The notes beneath the pieces are model-generated. The model ran no database searches and had not been told where the DNA came from. It was given only the letters and a program-made list of their open reading frames with translations. Positions 27,658 to 41,995 of a DNA stretch of 64,000 nucleotides are shown piece by piece; position 1 is the first letter of the stretch, and each line of letters begins with the position of its first letter. Source of the DNA: Octopus sinensis (Eukaryota); assembly GCF_006345805.1 (NCBI RefSeq), contig NC_043004.1, positions 17,732,001 through 17,796,000 of the forward strand, given 5' to 3'. The translations under genes and the position numbers were made by a program.

Positions 27658-30554
27658 GTATGTATGTATGTATGTATGTATAGATATATATACGACGGAC
27701 TTCTTTCAGTTTCCGTCTACCAAATCCACTCACAAGACTTTGGTCGGCCCGAGGCTATAGTAGAAGACAGTTGCCCAAGCTGTCACGCAGTAGCACTAAG
27801 ACTGGAACCATGTGGTTGGTAAACTACTTACCACAAGCTACTTACCACAAAGCCACTCCTGTGCCTATGAATATCAATTAAAAACGAAAATTAATTATAT
27901 TAACAAAGATCGTATATATACTGATTGAATTGGTAGAATTGGTTTTATGTAATTATGTAGATATAAATAATTAATATATGTAGGTGTTAAGGCTGCCAGA
28001 AACTGTAGTACGCCGTCTGAAATGCCTAGCGGTATTTCGTCTGTCTTTACGTTCTGAGTTCAAATTCCACCGAAGTCGACTTTGCCCTTCATCTTTTCGG
28101 GTCGATAAATTAAGTACCAGATGTGTAGTGGCATCCAATCTAATCGATTGGCAGCCCCCTCCCTAAAAATTTCGGCCCTTGTGCCTAGAGTAGAAAAGAA
28201 TATAAGTGTAGTATAATTGAGAGGTTTAGAAGTTCGATTCCACTGCATAAAATGTTGTTAAATGTCATGTTCTATTGCCTCGACTCGACTTTATAACTTC
28301 TGAGGGAAATCAGTGTAGAATCTATCGGGGTAGATTGCTCCTGGAATTCAAAGTGTATTACGTTCTTTTCTACTCTAAGCACAAGGCTCGAAATTTTGGG
28401 GAAATGAAGCCAGTCGATTACATCGGCACTCGTATGCAACTGGTACTTAATTTATCGCCCCCAACGAAAAGATGACAGGCAAAGTTGACCTCAGCGGAAT
28501 TTGAACTCAGAACGTAAAGACAGACGAAATACCTATTTCTTTACTACCCACAAGGGGCTAAACACAGAGAGGATAAACAAGGACAGACAAACGGATTAAG
28601 TCGATTATATCAACCACAGTGCGTAACTGTTACTTATTTAATCGACCCCGAAAGGATGAAAGGTTAAGTCGTCCTCGACGGAATTTGAATTCAGAACGTA
28701 GCGGCGGACGAAATACCGCTAAGCATTTCGCCTGGCGTACTATCGTTTCTGCCAGCTCGTCACCTTCAAAGAAACGTTGTCAGACTTATCATACATCATG
28801 TGTAACGCTGACTCTTCCTGGGAGTTACGTTAACGGTATCCGTGGAGGCGCGTGGCTTAGTGGTTAATATATACGGCTTACGATCGTAAGATCACGAGTT
28901 CAATTCCCGTGGATACGCTGTGTCCTCAACCAAGATACTTTATTTTACGTTGTTCCAGATCACTTGGCTGGCAAAATTGAGTGCCGCTATTTCAAAGCAC
29001 GAAACATGTTAAACTCTGTATTATGCTGAATCTCCCCGAGAACTACGTTAAGGGTACGCGTGTCTGTGGAGTGCTCAGCCACTTGCAAATTAATTTCCTG
29101 AGCAAGCTGTCCCATTATTTACATTATTTACCTTCGATGGATATTTGTCCTCACCTTGTTTGTTGTACATAATTCCTCATCTCTTAAATATAGAACTGTA
29201 TAAGCTGTCCCATTGATTGGATCAGCTGGTAACCGACGGAGTACCAGTTGAAAAATCCGTGTCAGTGGAATACTCAGTTACTTTGGCGTTAATTAAGGAT
29301 CAGGTAATTCAGGTCGTCGAACGACTGAACCCTCGAAGCTGAACGACAGAGATCCACCACCACATGCATATCCAAATAATCATAAGGAGGTGAAACTAAA
29401 CTATATTAATTTAATAACATCAAGAACAAGATATTCTTTTCTACTCTAGGCACAAAGCCCGAAATTTTGGGGGAGGAGGCCATTCGATTAGATCGATCCC
29501 AGTACGCAAACGTTACTTAATTAACCGACACCGAAAATTTGAAAGGCAAAGTGAACCTCGGCTAAATTTGAATTCTGAACGTAAAAACATACGAAATACC
29601 GCTAAGCGTTTCGCCCGGTGTGCTAACGTATCTGCCAGCTCGCCGCATTCAGATCAAGGACCAGATATTGCTATGTCTTGGGTTTCAAGAGCCAGTAGCT
29701 GTATAATATCTTTCCAGAAAAAAGTAGGTACCTACATAGAGTGTGAGGTTGGGGTAGATATATACTAGAAGCGATTTGATCTTCCACAAGCCAGAATCCC
29801 AGGTGGGCCTATATGATTACCAGAATCGCAAATGAGGGAAGCAGTAATGAAACTCCATCATTCATCAAAAGTCAATCACGTGAGAATGACCTTTGAATAG
29901 GTGATGAAAATGGTGGCACCCCTCTCGTGGCCACAGCGTTTTGGGTGGAACATGTAAAGAAATAAAAGAATAAATTCATACTTTTGGATATAATTATTTC
30001 CATTGTGTTGGTATGTTAAGTTTAAAATCAAAATATGAGAAAAGATCAACATGAATTTATAATAAAAAAAAAAATTATGGTGCGTGTAAATTCTATAATT
30101 CTTGAGGCAGTAACATCCTGCTTGAATCTATTTCTGTTTTCTATGAGATACTTTTAATTACTATGTTTCGTAGCTGTAAGCACGAAACGATTTTTGTTTG
30201 AGATTTGACGTTCGTATGTATAATAATATGCAAGTGTAGATCTAATGGACATATGTTAATGATTCGCCTCTGCTTCTTGTCAGTTAATTCCTAGGTAGCA
30301 TTTATGTGGTTAACGCTGTTAATATCACTGGATGGAATGCTACTTTCCCAGGTGTCGAAACCATAACGATATCCGTTGGGCAGCTGATGATGGATGTATA
30401 TGTTTGATGTATTTCTTGCCTATGAATACTTTTATATCTCGTGTTATGGTTATTCTAAGTTGTCCATTAGGATTGTCATTATGGCTAGGGTAATACGTAT
30501 TTGAACGCTTCTCTTTGATGTATGTGTATATATATATAAGTTTTGATGTATATG

Positions 30555-30626
<72 letters not shown>

Positions 30627-31547
30627 CGTGTTTGTGACTGTGTGTCTGTGTATTCGTGCGTGTGTGTATGTATGTATACATGTATGTGTGTGTGTGTCTG
30701 TGCGTGTGTATGTATGTATGTCTGCGTGCGTGTGTATCTGTGTGAGTGTGTGTGTGTGCATCGGGTCGTACATTTTACCAAAGAGAAGTCAAAACATTGA
30801 AAGTTGGATGCGAAAATAAATATGAATGAGACCAAATCTTCGAAGTCATTTCTACCTTGTCGGCGTTGGTAGTAGAATAGTACGACGAGAAGTTGTATTC
30901 CATTCCGAATGCTTTTGACCTCAGGTCATGAGTTCCATTCCTTTATGTTCTGTGTTCAAATTTCACCGATGTCGACTTTTCTTTTCATCCTTTCGGAGTC
31001 GATGAAATAAATATCAATTGAGCAATGGGGTCGATGTAATCGACTTACTCCCTCTTCCAGAATTGCTGGCCTTGTGCCAAATTTGAAATCGCTAATTGTG
31101 CATGTGCAAAGCGGCGCAATATGGAAAAATGGATAGCATGCCGGATAAAATGCATAGCGGTTTTTCGTCCGTCTTTACGTTCTGTGTTCCAATTCAGCTG
31201 AGCTCGACTTTATCATTCTTTCGAGGTACTTTTTATTCTTTTACTTATTCCAGACATTTGACTACTGCCATGCTGGAACACCTTTACTCGAACAAATCGA
31301 GCTCAGGGCTTATTCTTTGTAATCCTAGTACTTATTCTAGTGATCTCTTTCGCCGAACCGCTGAATTAGGGGACGTAAACACACCAACATCGTTTGTCGA
31401 GCGATGGTGGAGGGACAAACACAGACACAAATATATACATACGTATATATACATATACATATATACGACGGGCTTCTTTCAGTTTCCGTCTACCAAATCC
31501 ACTCACAAGACTTTGGTCAGCCCGAAACTATAGTAGAAGACGCTTTG

Positions 31548-31767
31548 TTTTGAGTTCAAATTCCGCCGAGGACAATTTTGCCCTTCATCCCTTCCAGGCA
31601 TCGATAAAATAAGTACGAGATGAGCATTGGTGTCCATATAACCGACTAGTCAACCCCCTCATCATTTCAGGCATTATGCCTATAGAAGGAAGAATATTTA
31701 TTTAATGTCTTATTCAGTATTTCTAATTGTCTGTCTGTCCCTATCTATCTGTCTGTCTGTCTCTGTC

Positions 31768-31806
<39 letters not shown>

Positions 31807-32085
31807 GTCTCTCTCTCTCTCTCTGTCTGTCTGTCTGTCTCTCTCTGTATCTGTATGCTATATTTGTGTGCGTGCGTGCATGTTTGTTTCCAGTTCCAAA
31901 ACGTACTGTCGCCAAACATATTGAAAATTCAGCCGGCCGTGCAAAATTGTCCCGTATCCAAACAACTGTGTCCCAGAGTCTCATCCTCTAATCAAAACGT
32001 TAGATTTCCTTTCTTCTTCCAGAAAACTAATTTATCCTACTTCTGAACTGCTTACGTTTACTAATTGCAGACACAGAACATCAGA
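31548..32085 (+). repeat. Local duplicate of ~25775-26220
   Basis: Shares the SINE fragment, the MITE right half and flanking sequence (cccagagtctcatc..ttagatttcctttcttcttccagaaaactaatttatcc). Confidence 0.85.
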
Positions 32086-33240
32086 AGTTCAGTCCAACTG
32101 CGTGGCACCTTAGGCCACGCAGTAGGACTGAACCCAGAACAATGTGGTTGAGAAGCAAGCTTATTACCATACAGCCAAGACTGCGTCGATAAAATATGTA
32201 GAATTTGAACACTGGGGTCGATGTAATCGACTTGCCCCTTCCTCAAAGTTTTCGAGCCTTGTGGATACAGTAGAAAGAAATGTATTAGAGTGTTTAAAGT
32301 TAGCTATGCATATGTGAGGTGTATAGGATTATACATGGATGTATATGGATTATATATGGATATATAGGATTAGTGAATGTGAAACTTATAGGGGTGAGGC
32401 GGGTGGAATACAATACGTGTATAATTTGGTTGGGTGTGGAAGTATGTGTATTGATGTATAATGGGATGGTGTAGGGCGCAATGGCCCTGTGGCTAGGGCA
32501 GCAGACTCGCGGTCGTAGGCTCTTAGTTTCGATTCGCAAACCGGGCGTTTGAATGTTTATTGAACAAAAACACCTAAAGCTTCGCGAAGCTCCGGCAGAG
32601 GCTGGTGGTGAACCCTGCCGTGTTCTTTCACCACAACTTTCTCTCACTCATTCTTCCTGTTTCTTTTGTACATGTATTTCAAAGAGCCAGCTCTGTTACA
32701 CTCTGTGTAACGCTGTATGTCCCCGAGAACTACGTTAAGGCTACACTTGCCTGTGGAGTGCTCAGCCACTTGCACGTTAATTTCACGAGCAAGCTGATCC
32801 ATTGATCGGATCAACTGGAATCCTCGTCGGCGCAACCGACGGAGTGCCACGAATGGGGTGGTGTATGCAAGTGTACATGCATATAATATAGGGTTGTTTG
32901 TGTGTTTGAAGTGTTTGAAGTGTTATTTCGTGTGACAGGTTCAGTTTTAGGATATGTACAGATGTATAGAATCCGTGTATGTGTGGCATTTGCGATATTA
33001 TGGTTGTGCACAATTTCGAAAAGTGTATTTTTTCGGTGTGGAAGCCCAATGTGGAGGACCACCAATGGATAGGGGTCTCAAAAGCATAATTATGACTGTA
33101 GAGGCGGTAAAGGTGTAACAACTGTAAGCAGAAGACGGACAATTTGGAGTGGCTTATATATACAAGTGTATGCGTGTGTGTGTGTGTGTGTGTGTGTGTG
33201 AGAGTGTCTGTGTGGCTGTATATTATATATATATTAATGC

Positions 33241-33306
<66 letters not shown>

Positions 33307-34805
33307 AGAGAGGGGGGGAGAGAGAGAGGGGGGAGAGAGAGAGAGACGGACAGACAATGAGGGAGAAAATGGGTGGGGCAGAGAGTTGTAAATTCTTCAT
33401 GCGAAATAACGAAATGCAATCCTTATAAGGCCTCAAGACATATATTTATTAGATTTCTTACAAATGAAAATTTAACTCTTTCCTAATAATAATTTCCAAC
33501 ACGCTCCATTATCCCTCAAACAGTCGGTTTTCAGCTTTGTATGCTATAAATCGTGTAAGAAAGGCATATTATTCTTAATTGGAGGGCAGCGAGGTTGTAG
33601 AATCATTAGCGATTCGGAGATAATGCCTCGCGGCATTTCTTCTCGCTTTTTACGCTCGAGGCCCAAATTCCGACAAAGTCGACTTTTCCAATTTTTTTCC
33701 GGGTCGATAAAATAGATAGCAGTTTAAAACTCGTACCGATGTAATCGACTGATATCATCCCTTAAAACTGCTGGCTTTGTGCCAAATTTTGAAACTATAT
33801 TATTATAGGACATCGGTTTATCGCAGGTAATATGATCGGATGATCTCGAATATCGATGTATAGAAAGGGTGTGGGATACAAAGTTACTCTCCAAAGCGTA
33901 CCAAACTCCTGCTGGGATTCGAAATACCTCACCAATAAGCTTACACAACAATGTTTCACCCACTCAGCTATCTCACCTAGATTAACCATTATATTTTATT
34001 TGTTTCAATCATTAGACTGCGGCCATACTGGGGTACTACTTTGAAGAATTTTTAGACCATTGAATCGATTCCAGTACTTATTACATTTTGTTTGAAATTA
34101 AGTTATGGAGACGTAGACACGCCAACACCGGTGGTCAAACACAAAGCCACACAAACATACACACACGCACACGCACACGCACACACACCACACACACACA
34201 CACAGACGATGGGCTTCTTTCAGTTTCCATCAGTCAAATCCACTCCCAAACCTTCTATAGTAGAAGGCAGTTGTCCAAGGTGCCACGCAGTGAGACTAAA
34301 CCCAGAACCATGTGGCTGGGAAGCAAACTTCTTACCACCCAACCACGCCTGCGTAGTATAAATTGAAATACGATCAATCATTGTTAAAAATAATGACAAT
34401 TTTTTTTAATTATTAAACACATCTCATTTATCATACCTTTAAATGAAATTTCATCAAATATATTCTTTGGTCTTTGAGATGTGTTTGGAAAAAAGTCTTC
34501 AAAAGGGTCAACAGATTGATCCTTTAGATGAAATTTGTCAATTCGATTTTTCTATTTAAGATTGCTCATGAATGAAGAATGAACTATCTTTATATTGAAA
34601 ATTTCTTTGAAAATTCTTTCTTTTATTTCTTTCCTCTTTTGTACAAAGAAATGTGCGGTTAGAACATTTTCTCAGTTTTATGCATTCTGGATTTGCCTTG
34701 TTTGTTTTATTTTTGTGTTTCAGAGATTTGTATATCAATTGCTTATGTTATGTATGATGTGCTGAGAGAGATGTGATATGAAACAAGACGTCATCGGTAA
34801 AGATG

Positions 34806-34837
<32 letters not shown>

Positions 34838-34861
34838 TGTATGTATGTATGTATGTATGTA

Positions 34862-34894
<33 letters not shown>

Positions 34895-37075
34895 ATGTGT
34901 GTATGTATGTGTGTGTATGTATGTATGTGTGTATGTATGTATGTATGTGTGTATGTATGTACGTTTGTATGTAAGCATGCATGTATGTATGACCATAAAT
35001 AAATATATATATGATGTATGTGTGTGTGTGTGTGTGTGTACCTATGCATACATACATATCTACTTAAAAGTACACATATTCAGATATAATCAATGTATAT
35101 TTAAACAGATACAATTTCTATAAATTGAAAGGAAAACGGTATGTTTTTTTTATTCTTTCCTCGGCACAAAAGTCTCATTAATTTTGATGATGTAGAAAAG
35201 TTAATGAGATGTGTCAGGTAAACCCATCGCGCGATGCCACAAACGACCTATCATAAAATTATAACTGATATGTCACTAAGGGCTAAGTCTTCGGAGATAT
35301 GTTTGTACTACATTCCTGGTAATAATGGTTTCAAATTTTGGCAGAAGGCTAGCAATTTCTGGAGAGGAATTTAATCATTTACTTCAACCTCAGTACTTGT
35401 CTGGTACGTTATATTCTCGACTCCGAAAGGATGAAAGGCAAGGATGACCGGTGGAATGTTGGAAGAAATGTCGCTAAGCATTTTATACTATGTGCTTACG
35501 ATAACGTCTAATTTCCGCCTTCAGTCCTGGAAACGTTTTATATCGATTCAAATCTTTTGCTCAATGGCCAACAGTTTTAAGGGCGGGGTAAATCGATTTT
35601 ATTGATCACAGTGTTCAACTGGTACTCACTTATTTTATCGACCCCGAAACGATGAGATGTTAAGTCGACACCGGTGAAATTTGAACTCAGAAGAAATTTG
35701 AACGACCGGAAGAAATACATCCATGGAAATAAAGAAAATTATGCTGTCAGTCAATCTGATAGGATGAAAGTGGGAGTGGTTGAGACACCATCAACTTAGA
35801 CTTTATAGTCATTAAACATATGAAGTACGCCTTGTGTGAGTAAAATCTTGGATATACCATGTCTGACGCAAAGAAAAATATTCGTGATAATCTCTGATTG
35901 AATACATTTGGTTTTAAGCTTACTTTGTCAGAGATGATATGGCGCAATATTAAGAACAGTAACATCATATCCGATATCATAGATCAGAGAAATATAACAC
36001 ATATCAAACGATCAGTTAATGGCATCAATGATGCGAGATGGTTATGAAGCAAATTACTAGATAACAGAAATAATCATGGTATTTTATTTAGTATTTTATG
36101 TTATTGATTCTGATTGGATGAAAGGCAAAGTTGATCTCGGCGGGATTTGATCTCAGAATGTAGAATCCGTAGAAGTGTTGCAAGATAGCAATCTGTGTGT
36201 TATACTTCCTGCAAATACATCACGAAAAGCAAATTAACTGCAAAATTTGTCCAGTGATAACATCTCTGATGGACTCAATGTGTTTAAAAAACAAAAACAA
36301 CAACAAATATTAATATATCAGTCACAAACGAAAATCGTCCAGCAGTGGCGGATAAAATGCCAGATTTGCCTGTCTGCTTCTTCGGGCTTTGTCAATAGTG
36401 TGTACCCACAGGCAAATGTATGCTGAGACAAAATCCATTGTCACTGATATAGGAAAACAGTGGTTGAACTACTACTGGTTAAAAAATCCGTTATATCTAC
36501 ATTCATTGTGCTACAAAGATAGCTATTTTAATCTAACGCTACTTCTGCAGTTGTTATTGCAAGATAGTTTTATCGACGCTCTTACGAATCTGTCAGCTTG
36601 CCAATAATGACTTATAATATCAGAAGAATATAAATTAAGTACCTGATGAACACAGGAGGTTAATGTAATCGAAATACTCTCTCCTCTGAAATCGCTGGCC
36701 TTGTACCAAGATTTGAAACCAATATTAAAAATAGGGCGGCGTGCTGGCAGAATTGTTAGCACGTCGAGCAAAATACTTAGCGGCATTTCGTCCGTCATTA
36801 TGTTGTGAGTTCAAATTCCGCCAAAGTCGACTTTATCTTAAATCCTTTCAGCATCGATAAAATAAGTACCAGTTCGACACTGGGGTAAATCTAATCAGTT
36901 TAGCCTCTCCCCATCCCGAAATTACTGGCCTTGTGCCAAAATTTCAAGCCAATATTAGAAGAGAATCACATATTCTATAGGAAACAAGATTTGAACAATT
37001 CGAGCTCGGTATTTTAATTATTTTTAATCAACAATCAAGTTTGAATAACCAAATAATGCGTAAACATTTCTATTA

Positions 37076-37960
37076 CAGTAGTTCTCAAACATTTTGGTCC
37101 CTGCACACTTTTCCCTGTAAGCCAGAATGCCATTCCCCACTTTCTTAGATTATCTGACTCAAAGGGTTTTTTCATAATATACTATGTATATAACATTGAA
37201 CACCCTATTTTTCTCTATATATATATAGACATTGGTTTGGATAATTGTTATAAAGGGATTTTACGAACTTAATAATGTTGGATTTAAAATCTTGAAATAA
37301 AGCACAATCGTTTATAGAATTTTTACCAAATTACTTAACGGACAAACCGAACACACTCAGGTGAACAAAAGAATTTTGTAGAACATCACTTTATGCTAAT
37401 GAGAATCCTGGATTGTTTCCTCTTCGCCAATTCCGTGATACAAAAAGGCCTCCATGCAGGTTATTTTCAACTTCTAATCTACTTCGTTTTCATGTACAAT
37501 TAGATATCTCTTTTGTCTACTTTTGAGTAGAAATGGAAACATCAAGGCTCAACATTCTGTGCTTGACTCTTCATCAAATATATCACTTGCTTCCGAATCA
37601 TTCTTTACTTTCAGGAATTTATTGTGAGAGTCATCAGAAAGTTTTTCAACTGGCAGTTGGAATAGATTTCGAACTGAATCTAACTCTTCATCGCAAAGTT
37701 CTTCAAAATACCAGCTGCATTCATTTTCCAATGCTGCATAATTTAATTTTCTACATATCGTGCAAGTTCGTGGTCTTCACTACAAGAATTGAAGGCAGTT
37801 TCTCAAATATTACAAAACTGTTAATATTGATCTTTCTCTTCCGATTTTTCATTTAGCACATGAAGGCTTCTCAAAGTATCCACGAATTTTATGATGTTTC
37901 TGTTCCTTTAGAAGGAATATACACATCGCTTTAGAAGAAAGGAAGAAAGTTTTGTTCTTA
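37076..37960 (-). mobile_element. hAT (Charlie/Buster-type) transposase 3' remnant
   Basis: LENECSWYFEELCDEELDSVRNLFQLPVEKLSDD...DIFDEESSTEC* resembles the Buster/ZBED-like C-terminal region. TIR-like cagtagttctcaaac at 37076; a related cagtggttctcaac end lies at 24264-24277. Confidence 0.7.
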
Positions 37961-38929
37961 CCCGCGTGAATTTTATGCTGTTTACGTTATAAGAATTAAT
38001 AATTTTTATAGAAAATCGAGAGAGGTAAAATAATTTTGTTCAGTAATTGAAGCTGGAAGCAGATAAAGCTATAAATATTGCTTCAAAATTTGGCGTAAGT
38101 GGAGGAGCTAAGTCGATAAAACTGACCCTGCGGTCATTCTTTTTCTGCTTGGCACTTCATCGTCGTGTCTGAATTGAGGCAAAATTTGTTCAAATTTAGG
38201 AAATAGAAAACGATAAACAAAAGTTGCAGAGGAAAATTAGTACTAAAAAAAAAAACATATAAACACTACTGTAAAAATATTTTGGCGTTTATTCAAAAAT
38301 AACATTGGAAGAAAGAGATGACAACTCAATATGTGTCTGTGTGTATAGATAGATATATAGATAAATAGATAAGCATACACACACGCACGCGCGTATACAG
38401 ATCAAAATGTCTGTCATATTTTGATGAGGTTATTTAAAACCCATGAAATGCACAAATATTTAAGCTATAATTTTAGAAAATTCAAAAGAAATTTGGAGCT
38501 AAATAATTGTGGATAATTTGTGCACAATATAAACTGAGATTAAAGATTTATGAGAAAACTGCTTATATTTTTATAGAAAATGTTAATATAGTGATTTCTT
38601 AATAACTTTCAAATAATCTATGCTTTACACTCTACAGAGCAAATTTCAGAATACAAAATTAATCATTGAGATTTGCAAGCAATTTTAACAATGTATTCTA
38701 TAGAATTTCGTCTGTAACTCAAAAACAATCTATATAATTAGAGTAATTAATAGGTAAACGTTTGTGTAGTAGAGTCTGAAAGCGTTGCATTAATGTGGAA
38801 GATTTATAAGTGAAAGAACGATATACAAGTGTTTAACAATTAGTTTCAGAAAATAATGTCACCATTTTCATTACTCGCAATCAAATCTATAAATGTAAGA
38901 AAAATGACCATATATATATATATATATAT

Positions 38930-39630
38930 ATATATCTCACTACACCACATGACTTTACACATCACATCACATATGATGTGCCATACTAATACACACACCA
39001 ACTAATACATACTAATACGTACTAATACATACTAGTACATACTAATACTTACACCAACCCTATACATACACACGTCCAGACCCCGCATACGCACTTATAC
39101 TCTCTCACACACACACACACACATACCTATACATACCAATACGTACTAATACATACTAATACATACTAATACATACACCAACCCCATACATACGCACGTC
39201 CAGACCAATCTTACGCACTAATACTCTCTCATACACACACACACACACACACACACACCCTTATACATACTAATACATACACCACCCTATACATACACAC
39301 ATCCAGACCCCTCCCACGCACTTTTAGCTGGTCCCTCAACCCGTTTATCAACCCTATTATCTCCCCTTATTTCGCTCTCGCGTCTCATGTTTGATCTTTG
39401 ACCTCTGGCCGAAATCAGATCGCCATGTTGATTCGTTAGCTACTGCACGCATTTTTTTTCTCTCCTTCTTTCTGTGTTTTTCTCTCTCTGTGTATCTTTC
39501 TGTTGAAGAGCGTAGGCTCGAAACGTTAAAGACTTGTTTTATTTATATTTCCTGAGCGCCATACTAATACAATTGTTCGTTTGTTTTCCACCTGCCTTCG
39601 TCTTTTGTTTATTTTCATAAAGCTTCCCGT
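38930..39630 (+). mobile_element. 5'-truncated Penelope-like terminal repeat
   Basis: Homologous to 60600-61075 and, inverted, to 57631-58050. It contains the motif ctttctgttgaagagcgtaggctcgaaacgttaaag and ends in (TA)n. Shorter copies lie at 18080-18250, 49820-50030 (-) and 50470-50700. Confidence 0.75.
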
Positions 39631-39635
39631 TATAT

Positions 39636-39718
<83 letters not shown>

Positions 39719-40233
39719 ATAGATGTATGTATATATGTATATGTATGTATGAGTGTATATATGTATGCATGTATATATGTATGAATATATGCTTGTGTGT
39801 GTATGTATATGTGTATATATATGTATGTGTACTGTACATATGCATGTTTACATATATATATGTATATATGCATGTATGTACGTATATATGTATGTATGTA
39901 TATATATATATATATGTGTGTGTGTATGTGTGTATATATATATATGATCTTTTATTTGTTTCAGTCATTAGACTGCCGCCATACTAGGGCACCACTTTGA
40001 CGAATTTTTAGTGCAATGAATCGACTCCAGTACTTATTTTTTTTTCTTTCTTTGAAGCCTGATACTTATTCTATCGTTTCCTTTTGCCGAACTGCCACAC
40101 CAACACCGGTCGTTAAGCCAATATGCTGTGAATAGACTTGAAATCATCAATCAGCACATTATAATATATATTCACCATGAATACACGTCGTGCTGAAATC
40201 AGGGAAGGCAAACTAACAGAATTTTTTTAAAAA

Positions 40234-40308
40234 TTCATTATCTCTATATTGAATCAATTTCGGGATTAATCCCACGGAATTTTCCCTCTTCAGTTGAGAA
40301 TATGATAA
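40234..40308 (-). ncRNA. Type I hammerhead ribozyme
   Basis: attctcaa CTGAAGA ggga..tccc GAAA ttg-att-caa TA tagagat; one stem I mismatch. Confidence 0.75.
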
Positions 40309-41030
40309 GAAATAAATGAAATACTTACAAACACCCATGGAAAAAAGTAGAAGCACGTGTCATGTGTTCACATAAGTACCCCAGTTATATTTAAATGTAA
40401 AATCCTTTAGCAAGCTTCAGCACACGTGTGACTGGTCACAAACCACAACTTTTAGTGGTTACCTGTCCCGAAGTGAATGGTAATAAATTTAATACTAATA
40501 TAGGATAAAACTTTTTCCCCAAAAAATTCCATGAAAAGTGGCCAGCATATTAAAATACCTTTAAAGGTGAAAATTATAAACAATTATAAACAAGGGCAAA
40601 AGGAAAACGACTTCAATGCCAATATGCTGAGATTAGACTTTAAATCGTCAATCACTACATTACAATATAAATTCACCATGAATACACGTCGTGCTGAAAT
40701 CGAGGAAGGCAAACTAACAGAATTTTTTTTTTAATTCGTTATCTCTATATTGAATCAATTTCGGGATTTATAGTGTTTATAATTTTAGCCTTTAAAGGTA
40801 TTTTATTATGCTGCCACTTCGATGAAATTTTTTGGGAAAATTTTTTATCCTACATTAGAGTTAAATTTACTACCATTCACTTCGGGAGTGGTAACCACTA
40901 AAAGTTGTGGTTCGTGACCAGTCACACGTGTGCTGAGGCTTGCTAAAGGATTTTACATCTAGATATAACAGGGATACTCTTGCTTCTGCTTTTTTCCATG
41001 GGTGTTTGTAAGTATTTCATTTATTTCTTA

Positions 41031-41102
41031 TCGTATTCTCTACTGAAGAGGAAAAAAATCCGTGGGATTAATCCCGAAATTGATTCAATATATAGATAAC
41101 GA
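41031..41102 (+). ncRNA. Type I hammerhead ribozyme
   Basis: tcgtattctcta CTGAAGA ggaa..tccc GAAA ttg-att-caa TA tatagataacga; one stem I and one stem II mismatch. Confidence 0.7.
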
Positions 41103-41995
41103 ATTAAAAAAAAAATTCTGTTAGTTTGCCTTCCTCGATTTCAGCACGACGTATATTCATGGTGAATGTATATTGTAATGTGGTGATTGACGATATAAGA
41201 CAACCACATACACACAATTACACGCACACACCACACACACACAACGGAAACGAACAACAGCCACATATACATGCACACTTATACGTAAGAGGGAAACAGA
41301 TGGACAGATACAGGAAGGGACCATTAAGGAGAACGAGAGAAGATACTAAACGAGGAATGTCGTTAATTAGAATAGAAACTGAGTTAGAAATACATAGCGA
41401 GGAAACCAGATGAAAAGAATATGCAAATAAACGGATTCCCTCTTAGTTTCGACAGTGAATATTCTAGTTATTCCATTAACTGAACTGTCTATTCATTGAA
41501 TAAACAGGCGGGTTTTGGTTTACACAAACGTCCCAAAAGAAAATAGACAGCCCTCGCTATACCGTTCTATCTCTGCGGACATTACTCATTAGTACGACGC
41601 TGAAATGTGTTGAATCATAAGAAATTGTGCAAGGCATAACTACAAGATACTCGATTATGTATTCAAATTCACCAAATGATATTTCATTTCTAGCGTCTTA
41701 ACCACACATCCACGCCTGCTTCTAAAACCATTTTCGTTGAGGATGTATGACAGATAAATACAAGCTAATGTTATTCTTCACAAAAGTTTCTTTACAATTA
41801 CTACAATAAATCGAAACATAATAATGGAAATTAATTATACATTTAAATGTAAAGATGATTTGATTATTGTTAATAATATATATTTTAAAACAATTCTGTA
41901 AACAAACGTATTCCACAGAATTATAATTAACAATACAGAGTATAACTGAATTGGCAGGAAGCATTTTAATCGACGATAACAATGAATTAGATAAA

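Larger units (their letters stand above)
40141..41175. mobile_element. ~500-bp-unit HHR-bearing tandem + inverted array (retrozyme-like)
   Basis: Minus-sense tandem with period 501 (tctctatattgaatc at 40241 and 40742), joined near 40770 to a plus-sense inverted copy; no recognisable ORF. Confidence 0.75.

Noticed and set aside
30350-30492. Short + strand open frame after a cag acceptor-like site, considered as a missing opsin exon
   Set aside because: The translation has no TM4-TM7 opsin motifs (no GW, no KSS/NP).
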